Source of the DNA: Gammaproteobacteria bacterium
Lineage (GTDB): Bacteria; Pseudomonadota; Gammaproteobacteria; Poriferisulfidales; Poriferisulfidaceae
Direction of reading: 5' to 3'
Assembly: GCA_028819565.1 (NCBI GenBank)
Contig: JAPPLD010000018.1
Location: 28,927-92,926 of the forward strand
DNA: 64,000 nt
The notes below the pieces were generated by a model. The model had not been told where the DNA came from and searched no databases. It saw nothing but the letters and a program-made list of their open reading frames with translations. Made by a program: the position numbers and the translations under genes. Position 1 is the stretch's first letter; every line of letters starts with the position of its first letter. Positions 1-11,226 of this stretch are shown one piece after another.

Positions 1-281
1 GTTCCGCCATTCCAGGCATCCGTCGCTGGGCGGAGGAGTACGTCCCGAAGATCCTGGAGCGGGACGTGGTCGATCGGACAATCGACGTTACGCGAGAAGA
101 TGCGGAAAACACCATGCGCGAATTAGCGAAGCGGGAGGGGATTTTCGCCGGGATCTCATCGGGCGGCTGCATGCACGTGGCTCTGCAGGTGGCGGCGGAA
201 GTCGCGCCGGGGTCGGTGATTGCCGCTATCGTGTGCGACCGCGGAGATCGCTACCTGTCTTCGGGGGTTTATCCATCATGA
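1..281 (+). CDS. cysM: Cysteine synthase B, 3' part (5' end outside window)
   Basis: Frame open from base 3: SAIPGIRRWAEEYVPKI...EGIFAGISSGG...IVCDRGDRYLSSGVY, typical CysM C-terminus. Confidence 0.9.
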   Translation, partial: SAIPGIRRWAEEYVPKILERDVVDRTIDVTREDAENTMRELAKREGIFAGISSGGCMHVALQVAAEVAPGSVIAAIVCDRGDRYLSSGVYPS

Positions 282-1081
282 TCGGAGACGTGCTGGCCTT
301 CGACATCGAGACCATTCCGGATGCGAAGCTGGGCCGGCGTCTTTACGATCTCTCAGACGACCTCCCCGACGAGGACGTGGTGCGTGCCATGGAACAGTTG
401 CGCATGCAGAAGACCGGCGGACACCTGTTCCAGCCGTTGTACCTGCAGAAAGTGGTCTGCATCTCGGTGGTGTACCACACGGAGTCGGTGTTGGTTGCGA
501 AGTCCTTGGAGGACATCGACGCGGACGAACACACGATCATCCGCAACTTCTTCGATGGCATCGAGCGGGCCGCCCCGCGGCTGGTGACCTGGAACGGCAA
601 CGGATTCGACCTTGCGGTGCTGAACTACCGCGCCATGTATCACGGGATCTGCGCGGCGCGCTTCTGGGAGACGGGCGACAACGAGCGGGAATTCCGCTAC
701 AACAACTACATCAGCCGCTACCACGAGCGGCACCTGGATCTGATGGACGTGCTGTCACGCTACAACCCGCGCGCCTCGGCCGGGCTCGACGACTTCTCCA
801 CCATGCTGGGCTTCCCCGGGAAGCCGGAGGGGATGTCAGGCGGCGAGGTGTGGCCGGCCTACCGAGACGGGCGGCTGGCCGAGATCCGCGAGTACTGCGA
901 AACCGATGCGATCAGCACCTACTTGGTGTTTCTGCGCTTCGAATTCCTGCGCGGCAACCTGCTGCGGGAGGAGTATGTCGAACTGTGCGACCAGTTGCAG
1001 TCCTACCTGGAGGAAGAGGACAAGGCCCACTTCCGTGATTTCCTGACGCGGTGGGATCGCGCGAACGATCCGGTCGGCTGA
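278..1081 (+). CDS. Predicted 3'-5' exonuclease (PolB-related DnaQ-like DEDD family)
   Basis: LAFDIETIPD (ExoI), LVTWNGNGFDL (ExoII), YCETD (ExoIII); ATG 278 overlaps the cysM stop (ATGA). Confidence 0.85.
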   Translation: MIGDVLAFDIETIPDAKLGRRLYDLSDDLPDEDVVRAMEQLRMQKTGGHLFQPLYLQKVVCISVVYHTESVLVAKSLEDIDADEHTIIRNFFDGIERAAPRLVTWNGNGFDLAVLNYRAMYHGICAARFWETGDNEREFRYNNYISRYHERHLDLMDVLSRYNPRASAGLDDFSTMLGFPGKPEGMSGGEVWPAYRDGRLAEIREYCETDAISTYLVFLRFEFLRGNLLREEYVELCDQLQSYLEEEDKAHFRDFLTRWDRANDPVG

Positions 1082-1085
1082 ACCG

Positions 1086-2213
1086 TCAGTCCAGCAGTTT
1101 CCCGATGATGGCGCGGTAAACCTCGACCAGCCGGTCGAGGTCCTCGACGGCGACGTGCTCGTCAATCTTGTGGATACTGCGATTGATTGGGCCGAATTCG
1201 ACCACTTCGGCACCGGTCGGCCGGATGAACCGTCCGTCTGAGGTGCCGCCTTCGGTGCTGAGTTCCGCTTCCGACCCCAGCACTTCCGATACGGCGTCCT
1301 GGCAGATCTGGGTCAGGGTGCCGGGTGGCGTGCGGTAAGGCAGGCTCGCCTCCTCCCATTCGATTTGGTGCTCGAATCCGGCTTGCCCCAGAATTCCGGC
1401 AATTCGCTCTTGCAGTTCTTCGGCGGTGACTTCCGTCGAATAGCGCAGGTTGAAGTCCGTGGTCAGTTCGCCCGGGACCACGTTGGCGGCGCCGCACCCG
1501 CTGTTTAGGTTGGAAACCTGGAACTGGGTCGGCTGGAAATCCTCGTTGCCCTCGTCCCAAATGGTTTCGGTCAGTTCCACCAGCGCCGGTGCGAACCGAT
1601 GAATCGGGTTATCGCACAGGGCCGGGTAGGCGATGTGGCCCTGGACACCGCGAACCGTCAACCGTCCGGACAATGAACCGCGGCGGCCATTCTTGATGAC
1701 GTCGCCGAGCCGTTCGCGGCAACTGGGTTCGCCGACGATGCACCAGGCAGGGATCTCCTGGCGCGCTTGGAGTTGCTCGATCGCGGCCCGGGTGCCGTTC
1801 ACGGCCGGGCCTTCCTCGTCGCTGGTCAGCAGCAGGCCGATAGCACCGGGGTGGTCGGGCCGTTGCGCGACGTATTGGGCGCAGGCGACCGCCATTGCGG
1901 CGACGCCGCCCTTCATGTCAGCCGCACCGCGACCGTACAGGAGCCCGTCGCGGATAGTCGGGCTGAAGGGATCGCTGCTCCACTGCTCGAGCGGACCGGT
2001 CGGCACGACATCGGTGTGTCCGGCGAACATCAGCAACGGTTCGCCCTCGCCGTGGCGCAGCCACAGGTTCTGGACCTCGGCAAACGGCATGGATTCGGCG
2101 ACGAATCCATGAGGTACGAGGTACTTGGCAATCAGGTTTTGACAGCCTGCGTCTTCCGGCGTGACCGACGGCCGTTCAATCAGCGCGCAGGTGAGGTCCA
2201 GGACTTCCGACAT
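1086..2213 (-). CDS. dapE: Succinyl-diaminopimelate desuccinylase
   Basis: FAGHTDVVP, GRGAADMKG, TSDEEG, KNGRRGSL, GGTSDGRF, IHKIDE motifs. Confidence 0.97.
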   Translation of the reverse strand: MSEVLDLTCALIERPSVTPEDAGCQNLIAKYLVPHGFVAESMPFAEVQNLWLRHGEGEPLLMFAGHTDVVPTGPLEQWSSDPFSPTIRDGLLYGRGAADMKGGVAAMAVACAQYVAQRPDHPGAIGLLLTSDEEGPAVNGTRAAIEQLQARQEIPAWCIVGEPSCRERLGDVIKNGRRGSLSGRLTVRGVQGHIAYPALCDNPIHRFAPALVELTETIWDEGNEDFQPTQFQVSNLNSGCGAANVVPGELTTDFNLRYSTEVTAEELQERIAGILGQAGFEHQIEWEEASLPYRTPPGTLTQICQDAVSEVLGSEAELSTEGGTSDGRFIRPTGAEVVEFGPINRSIHKIDEHVAVEDLDRLVEVYRAIIGKLLD

Positions 2214-2214
2214 G

Positions 2215-2568
2215 CTACTGCTCCAGCGCTTGCGCCCAGGCCGTCTCGTCGAAGCCGACGCTCAACGTGCCTTCGGCATCGAGAAGCGGACGCTTCAGCA
2301 GGGTGGGGTGTGCAAGGAGCAACTCGACGGCAGTCGCGTCGGTCAGTCTGGCGCGTTCGTCCTCTGGCAGTTGACGCCAGGTCGTGGAGCGACGGTTCAG
2401 CAACGTGTCCATCCCCAGCCGGGCGGCCCAGTCTTCCAACTGGGTGCGCGTCAATCCATCGGCGCGGGTGTCGTGGAAGCGGTAATCAATAGCTCGGCGT
2501 TCCAGCCACTGGCGTGCTGCCCGGACCCGGTCGCAGTTGGGGATGCCATAGACGGTCACCATGATCAA
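2215..2568 (-). CDS. ArsC/Spx family protein (YffB-like)
   Basis: [33 protein letters not shown]; conserved position between dapD and dapE. Confidence 0.9.
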   Translation of the reverse strand: MIMVTVYGIPNCDRVRAARQWLERRAIDYRFHDTRADGLTRTQLEDWAARLGMDTLLNRRSTTWRQLPEDERARLTDATAVELLLAHPTLLKRPLLDAEGTLSVGFDETAWAQALEQ

Positions 2569-3392
2569 CTGTCAGTTGCTTCTCGCAGGAGCGCGTTGAT
2601 TCCGACCTTGCTGCGGGTCTTCTGGTCGACCTGCTTGACGATCACCGCGCAGGCCAGGCTGTACTTTCCGTCAGAGGCGGGCAGTGAGCCGGGGACGACC
2701 ACGGCACCGGCCGGGACTCGGCCGTAGGAGACTTCGTCGCGTGCGCGATCGTAAATCCGGGTGCTCTGGCCGATGAATACGCCCATGGATATGACCGCGC
2801 CGCGCTCGACGATCACGCCTTCTACGATTTCCGAGCGGGCACCGATGAAGCAGTCATCCTCGATGATGGTGGGGGCGGCCTGCAGCGGTTCCAGCACGCC
2901 GCCAATGCCGACACCGCCGGAAAGATGGACGTTCTTGCCGATCTGGGCGCAGGAGCCGACCGTCGCCCAGGTGTCCACCATGGTTCCGGAGTCGACGTAA
3001 GCCCCGATGTTCACGAAACTCGGCATCAGCACCACGCCGGGCGCAATGAAGCTGCCGAAGCGCGCGGTCGCTGGGGGCACGATGCGCACGCCCCCGCCGT
3101 CCAGTTCCTCTTCGCTGCCTAGGGCGAAACGGCCCGCCACCTTGTCGCGGTAGCGGGTGTGCCCGCCGTCGATAATCTCGTTGTCGGTGATGCAGAACGA
3201 GAGGAGCACGGCCTTCTTGAGCCACTCGTTGACGATCCAGCCGCTGTCGGCGGGTTCGGCGACCCTCAGACGGCCGTCGTTGAGGCCCTGCAGGACTTCC
3301 TGCACAGCGTCGCGAACGGGCTCAGGGGCGGAGTCCGGGGTCAGTTGCGCGCGTTCTTCGAACGCCTGCTCAATGGTGGACTGGAGGCTCAT
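2565..3392 (-). CDS. dapD: Tetrahydrodipicolinate N-succinyltransferase
   Basis: Start ATG 3392 ([12 protein letters not shown]); [42 protein letters not shown]. Confidence 0.97.
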   Translation of the reverse strand: MSLQSTIEQAFEERAQLTPDSAPEPVRDAVQEVLQGLNDGRLRVAEPADSGWIVNEWLKKAVLLSFCITDNEIIDGGHTRYRDKVAGRFALGSEEELDGGGVRIVPPATARFGSFIAPGVVLMPSFVNIGAYVDSGTMVDTWATVGSCAQIGKNVHLSGGVGIGGVLEPLQAAPTIIEDDCFIGARSEIVEGVIVERGAVISMGVFIGQSTRIYDRARDEVSYGRVPAGAVVVPGSLPASDGKYSLACAVIVKQVDQKTRSKVGINALLREATDS

Positions 3393-3469
3393 GGGGAAAA
3401 TCCGGGCAAAAGCACGCGCGTATGTTAACAAGAAGACGCGAATGAGGCTTCCGACAGGCAGCCGATTGC

Positions 3470-6112
3470 CTATTCGCGCAGGGAATCTCCGAGTTCCTTG
3501 ATGTGCCGGCGCAGGGTGTCGGAGATCTGCGTCTGCATCTTGGGGTCGCGGATCGGGCGGGACTCGGCATCGGTAACGGTGAACACGTCCTGCACCTGCG
3601 CGCCCAGGGTCGTGATCCGCGCCTGGGTGATCCGGACCTGGCACGAGTCGAGAGCCCGGCTGACGGTCCAGAGCAGGCCCGGGTGGTCGGAGGTCGAGAG
3701 GTTGATCCGGGTCTCGGGCGGGGTTTCGCGCTGCACGAACTCGATTTCGGTCGGAAGGTCGAAATGTCGGGTCCGCCGTTTCGGTTGACGCAGTACCGGG
3801 CGGTCGAAGTCCCCTGGCGCCTGCGCCACGTTCTGCAGGGTCGTGCGCATTTCCTCCAGCGCATAGCGTTCGCTGATTGGATGACCGTCGACGTCGGTCA
3901 CCAGGAAAGTCTGCAGGATGTAGTGGTCGCGGGTCTCGGTGATGCGTGCGTACAGCACGTTCGCACCGAGCCGGGCGAGCGCTGCCGTGAGCGGGACGAA
4001 CAGGCGGGCATGGCTTTCGTCGTAGACCAGCACTTCCGTGCAGTGATGTTCGCCCTGGTGGCGTACAAACACCTGGGTCGGGATTCCGGGATCGCGGCCG
4101 ACGATGCACTCGGTCTGCCAGGCCAGTTCGTCGTCGGTGTAGTGCAGGAGGTCGCCGTCGGACAGCGAATTCCAGAACCGGTGGCAGGCGGCCGGTTCAC
4201 CGTGGGGGACTTTCGCGAGCGCCGAAGTCTTGAGGTCCTCGATCTGCTGTGCCGCGTCGAATGGCTGATCCAGGCCGCGCTGCAACTGCTGATCGGTCGC
4301 GACGTACAGTTGGTACAGCAGCGCTTCGCGCCAAGGTGTCCACAGTGCCGGGTTGGTGCCGCGCAAGTCGGCGACCGTCAACAGGAAGAGACCGCGCAGG
4401 CGAACCCCGTTTCCGACCAGCATCGCAAACCGGCTCACCACGTCCGGATCGCTGATGTCGCGCTTCTGCGATGTTATCGACATCTGCAGGTGATGTTCGA
4501 CCAGCCAGTGAACCATGCCAGCGTCGTAGGCACTCAGATGGTGATCCAGGCAGAACTCCCGAGCGAGTACGCTGCCGATACTGGAATGGTCGCCGTCTCG
4601 CCCCTTGCCGATGTCATGGAATAAAGCCGCGAGGTACAACAGTTCGGGTTTGGGGAATTGCAGGAACAGCTCGTGGTAGAGGGGATTTTCGCCTTCGTGG
4701 ACTGTCTTGGTGATATGCCGCAACTCGGTCAGCACCCGCAGGGTGTGTTCATCGACCGGGTGGATGTGAAACAGGTCGTACTGCATCATGCCGACCACCT
4801 TCGCGAAGTCCGGCCAGTACCGACGAAGGACGCCGTAGCGGTTCATGCGGCGCAGTTCGCGGGCGACGTGCTGGGGCTGGCGCAGGATTTCCATGAACAG
4901 GCTCTTGGAGGCCAGCTGGGCGCGGAAGGTATCGTCGATGCGATGCAGGTTGGCGCGGACCAACCGGATGGTGCGCGCCCGCACACCCTCGATTTCGGGG
5001 TTTTGCTGTAGCAGCAGGAACAGCTCGAGAAGCCCTTGGGGGTGGCGCTTGAAGACCTTCTCGTTGCGGGTCTCCAGGTAGCCGTCCAAGACCTGGAAAT
5101 AGGCGTTCAGGGGTCTCGGAGCATTGCGGCTGGGCGGTTGCAGGCTCTCGCGGTAATGTTGGCTGAGCACTTCGGCGAGGCGATCAATCTCGCTGGTCGT
5201 GCGATAGAAGTCCTGCATGAACGACTCAACGGTGTGATTGACGGTGTCGCCCTGATAGCCGAGCCGTTCGGCGATCGGGCACTGGTAGTTGAACAGCAGG
5301 CGTTCTTCGGCCTGGTCGCTGGCCTCGTGCAGGGCGAAACGCACCTGCCACAGGAACCGCTCTCCCTCGTGCAGCAGTTCCAGTTCCTCGGGCTCGCAGA
5401 AGTCCGACGGGCTCTCGATGTCTTCGTGCCGCTTCAGGATCCAGTGCAGGGTCTGGATGTCGCGCAGTCCGCCGGGCCCCTCCTTGATGTTAGGCTCCAG
5501 CCGGTAGTTGCTGCCGCCGAACTGCTGATGGCGGGATTCCTGCTCCGTGACTTTGCCTTGGAAGAACTGCTCGTGGGTCCACAGGGGCGCCCGGAACAGC
5601 CCGATCCGGGGCTCCAGGTTGCCTTCCAGGTCGCGGGCCAACTTGGAATTCCCGCACAGGTGCCTCATCTCGAGCCAACTGGTCATCAGGGTGATGTCGT
5701 CGCGGGCGTCTTGGCGGCACTGGTGGACGGTGCGCACGCTCTGCGACAACTTCAGCCCGCCGTCCCACAGGGCTTGGAAGAACGGGCCCAATTCCTCCGG
5801 GGTACGCCGCCCCCGGTACAGGGCCAGGACGTCGATATCGGAATAAGGGTGCAGTTCACCCCGGCCGTAGCCGCCGACCGCGAGCAAAGCGAGATCCTCG
5901 ATCTCATTCAGCCGATACTCGCGCCACAATACTTGCAGCATCCGGTCGATGAGTTCGGCCCGCGCGTGAATCAGTTCGGCAATGTCATGATCCGGGAAGC
6001 GTTCCGACAGGAACTGCTGGATGGCCTCGGTCCACTGCTTCCAGCTTGCGGGACCGGCATCCTGCGGCGAGGGATGCGCGTTGAGGCAGGCCTGGGCTAG
6101 GTCGGCTCTCAC
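3470..6112 (-). CDS. glnD: PII uridylyltransferase/uridylyl-removing enzyme
   Basis: [32 protein letters not shown] domain (LFHDIGKG), two C-terminal ACT domains; GTG 6112 overlaps the map stop. Confidence 0.95.
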   Translation of the reverse strand: MRADLAQACLNAHPSPQDAGPASWKQWTEAIQQFLSERFPDHDIAELIHARAELIDRMLQVLWREYRLNEIEDLALLAVGGYGRGELHPYSDIDVLALYRGRRTPEELGPFFQALWDGGLKLSQSVRTVHQCRQDARDDITLMTSWLEMRHLCGNSKLARDLEGNLEPRIGLFRAPLWTHEQFFQGKVTEQESRHQQFGGSNYRLEPNIKEGPGGLRDIQTLHWILKRHEDIESPSDFCEPEELELLHEGERFLWQVRFALHEASDQAEERLLFNYQCPIAERLGYQGDTVNHTVESFMQDFYRTTSEIDRLAEVLSQHYRESLQPPSRNAPRPLNAYFQVLDGYLETRNEKVFKRHPQGLLELFLLLQQNPEIEGVRARTIRLVRANLHRIDDTFRAQLASKSLFMEILRQPQHVARELRRMNRYGVLRRYWPDFAKVVGMMQYDLFHIHPVDEHTLRVLTELRHITKTVHEGENPLYHELFLQFPKPELLYLAALFHDIGKGRDGDHSSIGSVLAREFCLDHHLSAYDAGMVHWLVEHHLQMSITSQKRDISDPDVVSRFAMLVGNGVRLRGLFLLTVADLRGTNPALWTPWREALLYQLYVATDQQLQRGLDQPFDAAQQIEDLKTSALAKVPHGEPAACHRFWNSLSDGDLLHYTDDELAWQTECIVGRDPGIPTQVFVRHQGEHHCTEVLVYDESHARLFVPLTAALARLGANVLYARITETRDHYILQTFLVTDVDGHPISERYALEEMRTTLQNVAQAPGDFDRPVLRQPKRRTRHFDLPTEIEFVQRETPPETRINLSTSDHPGLLWTVSRALDSCQVRITQARITTLGAQVQDVFTVTDAESRPIRDPKMQTQISDTLRRHIKELGDSLRE

Positions 6113-6879
6113 GGAAACCGTTCGTCGGGCCGGGCGGTCAGCACCTCGAAGCCATCCTCGGTGACCAGGATGGTGTGCTCCCACTGGGCCGACAGGCTGT
6201 GGTCGCAAGTGACCACGGTCCACTGGTCCGGCAACAGCCGCACCTGCGGCATCCCGGCGTTGATCATCGGCTCGATCGTGAAGGTCATTCCGGGTTTCAG
6301 CGCCATCCCGGTGTCAGCCTTGCCGTAGTGTAGGACTTGCGGTTCTTCGTGGAATTCGCGCCCGATGCCATGGCCGCAGTATTCGCGCACCACGGACAGG
6401 TTTTGACCCTCCGCGAAGCTCTGGATGGTATGGCCGAGGTCGCCGAGCCGGAGGCCCGGACGCACTAGGCAGATGGCCCGGTGCATCGCTTCGTAGGTCA
6501 GTTCGACCAGCCGGCGGGCTTGCACGGACGGCTTGCCGAGAAAAAACATGCGGCTGGTGTCGCCGTGGTAGCCGTCCTTGATGACGGTGACGTCGATGTT
6601 GAGGATGTCGCCGCGCTTGAGCTTGCGTTCGGAGGGGATGCCGTGGCAGACCTGGTGATTGAGCGTGGTGCAGACGGACTTCGGGAAGCCGAGGTAGTTC
6701 AGCGGGGCCGGGATGGCATCCTGTTCCTCCGTGATGTAGCGGTGGCACAGGTCATTGAGATAGTCGGTGGTGACGCCGACTTCGACATGTTCGGCGATCA
6801 TTTCCAGCACATCCGCGGCGAGGCGCCCGGCCGTGCGCATCTTCTCCACTTCTTCAGGGCTTTTGATGGTGACAGGCAT
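6109..6879 (-). CDS. map: Methionine aminopeptidase type I
   Basis: VCHGIP, DVTVIKDGYHGDTS, YCGHGIG, FTIEPMIN, SAQWEHT. Confidence 0.97.
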   Translation of the reverse strand: MPVTIKSPEEVEKMRTAGRLAADVLEMIAEHVEVGVTTDYLNDLCHRYITEEQDAIPAPLNYLGFPKSVCTTLNHQVCHGIPSERKLKRGDILNIDVTVIKDGYHGDTSRMFFLGKPSVQARRLVELTYEAMHRAICLVRPGLRLGDLGHTIQSFAEGQNLSVVREYCGHGIGREFHEEPQVLHYGKADTGMALKPGMTFTIEPMINAGMPQVRLLPDQWTVVTCDHSLSAQWEHTILVTEDGFEVLTARPDERFP

Positions 6880-7001
6880 GGGGCTAGCAGGGCCGAAAAT
6901 GGTGCGTAGAAACACATATTATGAGCCATAACGCCCAGCGAGGGCGGCACCGGACGTATGAAGCCGGTCGACCTAGAGAAGGCTATTCGCATCTAATATA
7001 G

Positions 7002-7030
7002 CATCATATGATGTATAATTTATGCATCAT
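7002..7030 (+). promoter_or_regulatory. vapBC promoter/operator
   Basis: Perfect palindrome CATCATATGATG (7002-7013) abutting TATAAT (7014-7019); extra half-site GCATCAT at 7024-7030. Confidence 0.65.
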
Positions 7031-7048
7031 TCCCGGATGGAGGCTGGC

Positions 7049-7252
7049 ATGCGAACGACACTGAACATCGACGAGACCCTGCTGGCGCAGGCTCGGCTGC
7101 TTACCGACATCGAATCGAAATCGAAGCTGGTACGCGAGGCACTGAGGGCGCTGGTAGAAAGGGAGAGTGCCCGCCGACTCGCAAAACTGGGCGGCAGCCA
7201 GCCTGAACTTCTGGATATTCCGCGCCGCCGTCTCGCCGATGATCCTGGTTGA
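7049..7252 (+). CDS. vapB: VapB-family antitoxin (ribbon-helix-helix)
   Basis: MRTTLNIDETLL...LVREALRALVERESARRLAKLGGSQP; GGAGG upstream; overlaps the PIN gene. Confidence 0.9.
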   Translation: MRTTLNIDETLLAQARLLTDIESKSKLVREALRALVERESARRLAKLGGSQPELLDIPRRRLADDPG

Positions 7253-7610
7253 CACCTCCGTCTGGGTCGAGCATTTCCGCGTCGGCAACGAGGCACTGGC
7301 CCGCCTGCTCGACGAACACCAGGTGTGGGTCCATCCGTTCGTGATCGGCGAGATCGCCTGCGGCAACCTCGAGGATCGCAAGGAAATCCTGTCAGGGCTC
7401 ACGCATCTTCCCGCGGTGCCGGTGGCGACGCATTCCGAAGCGCTGTTCTTCTTGGAGCGGAATCGGCTGGCAGGGCTCGGCATCGGCTATGTCGATCTGC
7501 ACCTGCTGGCGTCGGCGTCGCTGGCGCCGCCGATGCGATTGTGGACGCGGGACCGGCGGCTCGGGACGGTGGCGGACAGCATGAAATGTGCTTATGGACG
7601 CCACCACTAA
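7239..7610 (+). CDS. vapC: VapC PIN-domain ribonuclease toxin
   Basis: MILVDTSVWV, HPFVIGEIACG, GIGYVDLHLLAS, LWTRDRRL. Confidence 0.92.
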   Translation: MILVDTSVWVEHFRVGNEALARLLDEHQVWVHPFVIGEIACGNLEDRKEILSGLTHLPAVPVATHSEALFFLERNRLAGLGIGYVDLHLLASASLAPPMRLWTRDRRLGTVADSMKCAYGRHH

Positions 7611-7690
7611 AGTAAGGGATTTGACATGCATGTTCTACAATGTGCTTTGTGCCGTTGCATAGACCCGTCAACCGTGCTGGAACAGGGCAG

Positions 7691-9196
7691 ATGACTGCTG
7701 AAATTGGGCTTCAAATAGAAAATACGGGCCCGTTATCGGTAGTGGACCAAACCCGCCTAGAAGTATCAAGGCGCACTGGTGCAGAAAAAAAATCATGCCT
7801 TGGGCAATTTCTAACACCTGCGAGCACGGCTGCATTTATGGCGGGACTTTTTCCCCGATCTCAAGGGGAATGCCGCTTGCTTGACGCTGGAGCCGGAATT
7901 GGTTCTCTTTCAAGTGCATTTTTGGAAAGGTGCGTAAATGGAGAAATGAAATTCGGTGCAGTCCAGATTACAGCGTTCGAAATTGATCCGGCAATCCAAG
8001 AAGAACTGCAACGTTCTTTGTCCTACTACACCGAGAAATGTCCTTTATCCTATGAAATCGTCGGCGAAGATTTTGTAGAAGAGGCGGTCAATTCGATCCA
8101 GTTTCAAAAATGCAATTTCACGCACGCTATTCTGAATCCTCCCTACAAGAAGATCCGTAGCAACTCTAGATACCGGGAACTTACGCGTCAAGTTGGGATT
8201 GAGACTGTCAATCTTTATTCCACGTTTGTAGCTTTGGCCATCGCGCTGACCCAACCGAATGGACAGATCGTGGCAATTATCCCTCGCAGCTTTTGCAACG
8301 GGCCTTACTATCGCCCTTTCCGTGAATTTATTTTTGCTCACACTGCCATCCAGCATATACACCTATTCGCATCCCGGGACAAGGCTTTCAGGGATGATGA
8401 TGTACTTCAGGAAACGATTATTATCCGGCTTGAGCGAGAGGCTAAACAGGGGTCTGTGACAGTTTCCACATCGACCGACAACACTTTTTCCGACCTGACC
8501 GAACACACATATCCGTTTGAGCAAATCGTGCAGCCAGATAATTCTGAGCGATTTATTCATATTCCCACTTCTTCTGCTATGGCCACGGGTCTTCCTCCGA
8601 CCGTCCGCCACACGCTGGATGAATTAGGCATCAAGGTTTCCACTGGACCCGTAGTGGACTTTCGACTGAGGGAGCACCTGCGCGAGATGCCAGGTCCAGA
8701 TTGCGCTCCCTTGCTCTATCCCGGACACTTCAGCAATGGCGGCATCACATGGCCTGCTACCGGAGAAAAGAAGCGAAATGCCATTAGGCGCAGTGCCGAT
8801 ACTGAAAAGTGGCTATATCCCTGTGGATTCTATTGCGTGGTCAGGCGCTTTTCATCCAAGGAAGAAAAACGTCGAGTCGTGGCTAGCGTGGTCGATCCCA
8901 GTCCATTTGGCGATGCGGAAGCACTCGGTTTTGAGAATCACCTGAATCTGTTCCATGAAAACAAGCGCAGTCTGCCACAAGCTCTTGCACACGGTCTCGC
9001 CGTATTCCTGAATTCGACTCTTGTCGATGACTATTTCAGACGTTTTAGCGGACACACCCAAGTTAATGCCACGGATTTGAAGTTCATGAAATATCCGAGT
9101 CGAGGCATGTTGCTTAAGCTTGGCAAGTGGGCTATGCGGAATAGGAAAATCACTCAAGCTATGATTGATAATCGGATACATGCGCTTTTCACATGA
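7691..9196 (+). CDS. N6-adenine DNA methyltransferase, BsuBI/PstI-type (gamma class)
   Basis: GQFLTP (motif X), LLDAGAGIG (motif I), ILNPPY (motif IV); AT-richer than flanks; coupled to the REase gene; start may be 7640 or 7691. Confidence 0.88.
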   Translation: MTAEIGLQIENTGPLSVVDQTRLEVSRRTGAEKKSCLGQFLTPASTAAFMAGLFPRSQGECRLLDAGAGIGSLSSAFLERCVNGEMKFGAVQITAFEIDPAIQEELQRSLSYYTEKCPLSYEIVGEDFVEEAVNSIQFQKCNFTHAILNPPYKKIRSNSRYRELTRQVGIETVNLYSTFVALAIALTQPNGQIVAIIPRSFCNGPYYRPFREFIFAHTAIQHIHLFASRDKAFRDDDVLQETIIIRLEREAKQGSVTVSTSTDNTFSDLTEHTYPFEQIVQPDNSERFIHIPTSSAMATGLPPTVRHTLDELGIKVSTGPVVDFRLREHLREMPGPDCAPLLYPGHFSNGGITWPATGEKKRNAIRRSADTEKWLYPCGFYCVVRRFSSKEEKRRVVASVVDPSPFGDAEALGFENHLNLFHENKRSLPQALAHGLAVFLNSTLVDDYFRRFSGHTQVNATDLKFMKYPSRGMLLKLGKWAMRNRKITQAMIDNRIHALFT

Positions 9197-10143
9197 GTAG
9201 TGGAAACGACCACATTCAGGCAGCGCAGGAAATCATCATCTTCCTAGGTTTGCCAAAGGCTCAGCAGAACGAGCGTTCGGCATTATGTTTGTTGGCGTTG
9301 TTGAATTTAACCCCAGATAAAACATGGGCCGAATCGGAAAGCCCGCACATGGGCATTACTCCCATTATGGACTGGACGAGGGAACATTACGGCAGAGACT
9401 ACGCTCCGAACACTCGGGAGACGTTTCGACGTCAAACGATGCATCAGTTTTGTGATGCGGGAATCGCCCTGTATAACCCAGATGATCCTGATCGTCCGGT
9501 GAATAGCCCTAAAGCAGTCTATCAAGTTGCGCCAGCCGCTTTGGATTTGCTGCGCCTGTATGAAACTTCTGCATGGGATGATGCTCTTATATCCTATTTG
9601 GATAGGCATCCAACGCTCATAAGTCGCTATGAGAAAAAGCGCGAACAAAATCTTGTCTCCGTCACAATTTCACCAAATCAAGAGATAACCTTCAGCCCCG
9701 GCAATCACAGCAAACTTATTCGAGACGTTATAGAGGAATTTGCTCCACGTTTTGCACCAGGAAGCGTTTTGGTTTACGCCGGTGATACTGGCAACAAGTG
9801 GGCTTATTTCGATACCGCCCTTATGGGCGAACTCGGTATTGATGTTGATTTGCACGGCAAGATGCCTGACGTGATGTTGCACTATGCTGAAAAGAATTGG
9901 TTGTTTTTGGTCGAGGCCGTCACCAGCCACGGACCGGTGGACGGCAAGCGTTATGAAGAATTGGCCGAACTCTGTTCCGGAGTCAAAGCCGATCTGGTAT
10001 ATGTAACGGCCTTTCCCGACCGTTCTTCCATGCGAAAATTTCTTACTGAAATTGCTTGGGAAACAGAAGCTTGGGTTGCTGATTCTCCGTCTCACCTGAT
10101 GCATTTCAATGGCACTCGTTTTCTTGGTCCTCATGACAGGTGA
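9193..10143 (+). CDS. Type II restriction endonuclease, BsuBI/PstI family
   Basis: YAPNTRETFRRQTMHQF, HGKMPDV...LVEAVTSHGPVD (PD-(D/E)xK-like), IAWETEAWVADSPSHLMHFNG. Confidence 0.88.
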   Translation: MSSGNDHIQAAQEIIIFLGLPKAQQNERSALCLLALLNLTPDKTWAESESPHMGITPIMDWTREHYGRDYAPNTRETFRRQTMHQFCDAGIALYNPDDPDRPVNSPKAVYQVAPAALDLLRLYETSAWDDALISYLDRHPTLISRYEKKREQNLVSVTISPNQEITFSPGNHSKLIRDVIEEFAPRFAPGSVLVYAGDTGNKWAYFDTALMGELGIDVDLHGKMPDVMLHYAEKNWLFLVEAVTSHGPVDGKRYEELAELCSGVKADLVYVTAFPDRSSMRKFLTEIAWETEAWVADSPSHLMHFNGTRFLGPHDR

Positions 10144-10292
10144 CAAACTGCAAACCCATGAAAGAGCTATACAAAATTGATTCTTAAGGCGAATTTAGTT
10201 ATTATCAGTTCCGGCATGAGCCGGGTCATCAATCCTCAACTATAGAGTCGCGCAACGCTTTGGTGGTCAGCGACATGATTGAGCGGTAGTCG

Positions 10293-11226
10293 ATGCCAAT
10301 TCCCGACTTTCAGTCACTGATGCTACCCACCCTCAAGGCATTTAATGCCAGTGAGGAGATGCCGTTGTCGGAGGTCCGCAAGCAGATCAAAGACGCCGAG
10401 GGGCTATCTGCTGAGGATATCCGGGAAATGCTTTCGAGCGGCCGACAGACAAAGTTCGCAAACCGTGTGAATTGGGCTGTGATCTACATGGAGCGCGCCC
10501 ATCTTCTTGCTCGGGTTCGCCGTGGCGTGTACCGGCTGACGCAAGAAGGTAAGCGCTTGCTTGTTCAGGCACCTCTACGCATCGACATCAACTTGCTTGA
10601 AGAAAAATACCCTGATTTCGCCGAATGGCGGCAACGAGCAAACACTTTGCCTCGCGGCAAGGATGAGGGGGCTAAGCAAAACGATAACATTATCGAGACA
10701 CCAGAGGAAGTGCTGGAAAGAGTTGCACAGCAATTGCGCAGCGAGCTGGAAGCAGATGTGCTGAGTCGGGTTCGTGATGCAGAGTCAAGTTTTCTTTCTT
10801 GAGCAGATTGTTGTCGACTTGTTGATCGCGATGGGCTACGGTGGTGGTGATGCCGCGAGGGGCCAGGTAACTGGACGTTCGGGTGATGGGGGGATTGACG
10901 GCACGATTCGGGAAGATGCGCTCGGTTTGGACGAGGTTTATGTGCAGGCGAAAAGGAACAAAGACGGCAACACTGTGGGCGAAGGAGATCTGCGCAATTT
11001 TGCTGGAGCGATTGATGCTGCGGGCACAACCAAAGGCGTGTTCGTTACTACGGCTGATTTTACGCGCGCTGCGAGAGAGTACGTATCGCGGAGCCCGAAA
11101 CGAATCATTCTGATCGATGGTGCGGAACTTGCCCGCCTGATGGTCCAGCACGGGATTGGAGTACGTACACGAGTTCAAGAGGTTAAGCAGATCGACGAAG
11201 ACTACTTCGATCAGGAAGCGATCTAA
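10293..11226 (+). pseudogene. mrr: Mrr type IV restriction endonuclease, frameshifted at ~10797
   Basis: Mrr_N (MPIPDFQSLMLP...FANRVNWA) in 10293-10802; catalytic domain (GDGGIDG, VYVQAKR, KGVFVTT, LIDG) in the +1 frame to 11226; TCTT tandem at 10793-10800. Confidence 0.88.

Noticed and set aside
3393-4109. Long N-terminal extensions of dapD (also dxr, pyrH, lpxB, gnnA, dnaE, fabZ) in the ORF track
   Set aside because: They overlap upstream genes; family similarity begins at downstream starts, so these are not fusions.
7640-10143. No CTGCAG seen inside the R-M genes
   Set aside because: Less than one site is expected by chance in 2.5 kb, so absence is uninformative; specificity is inferred from family only.
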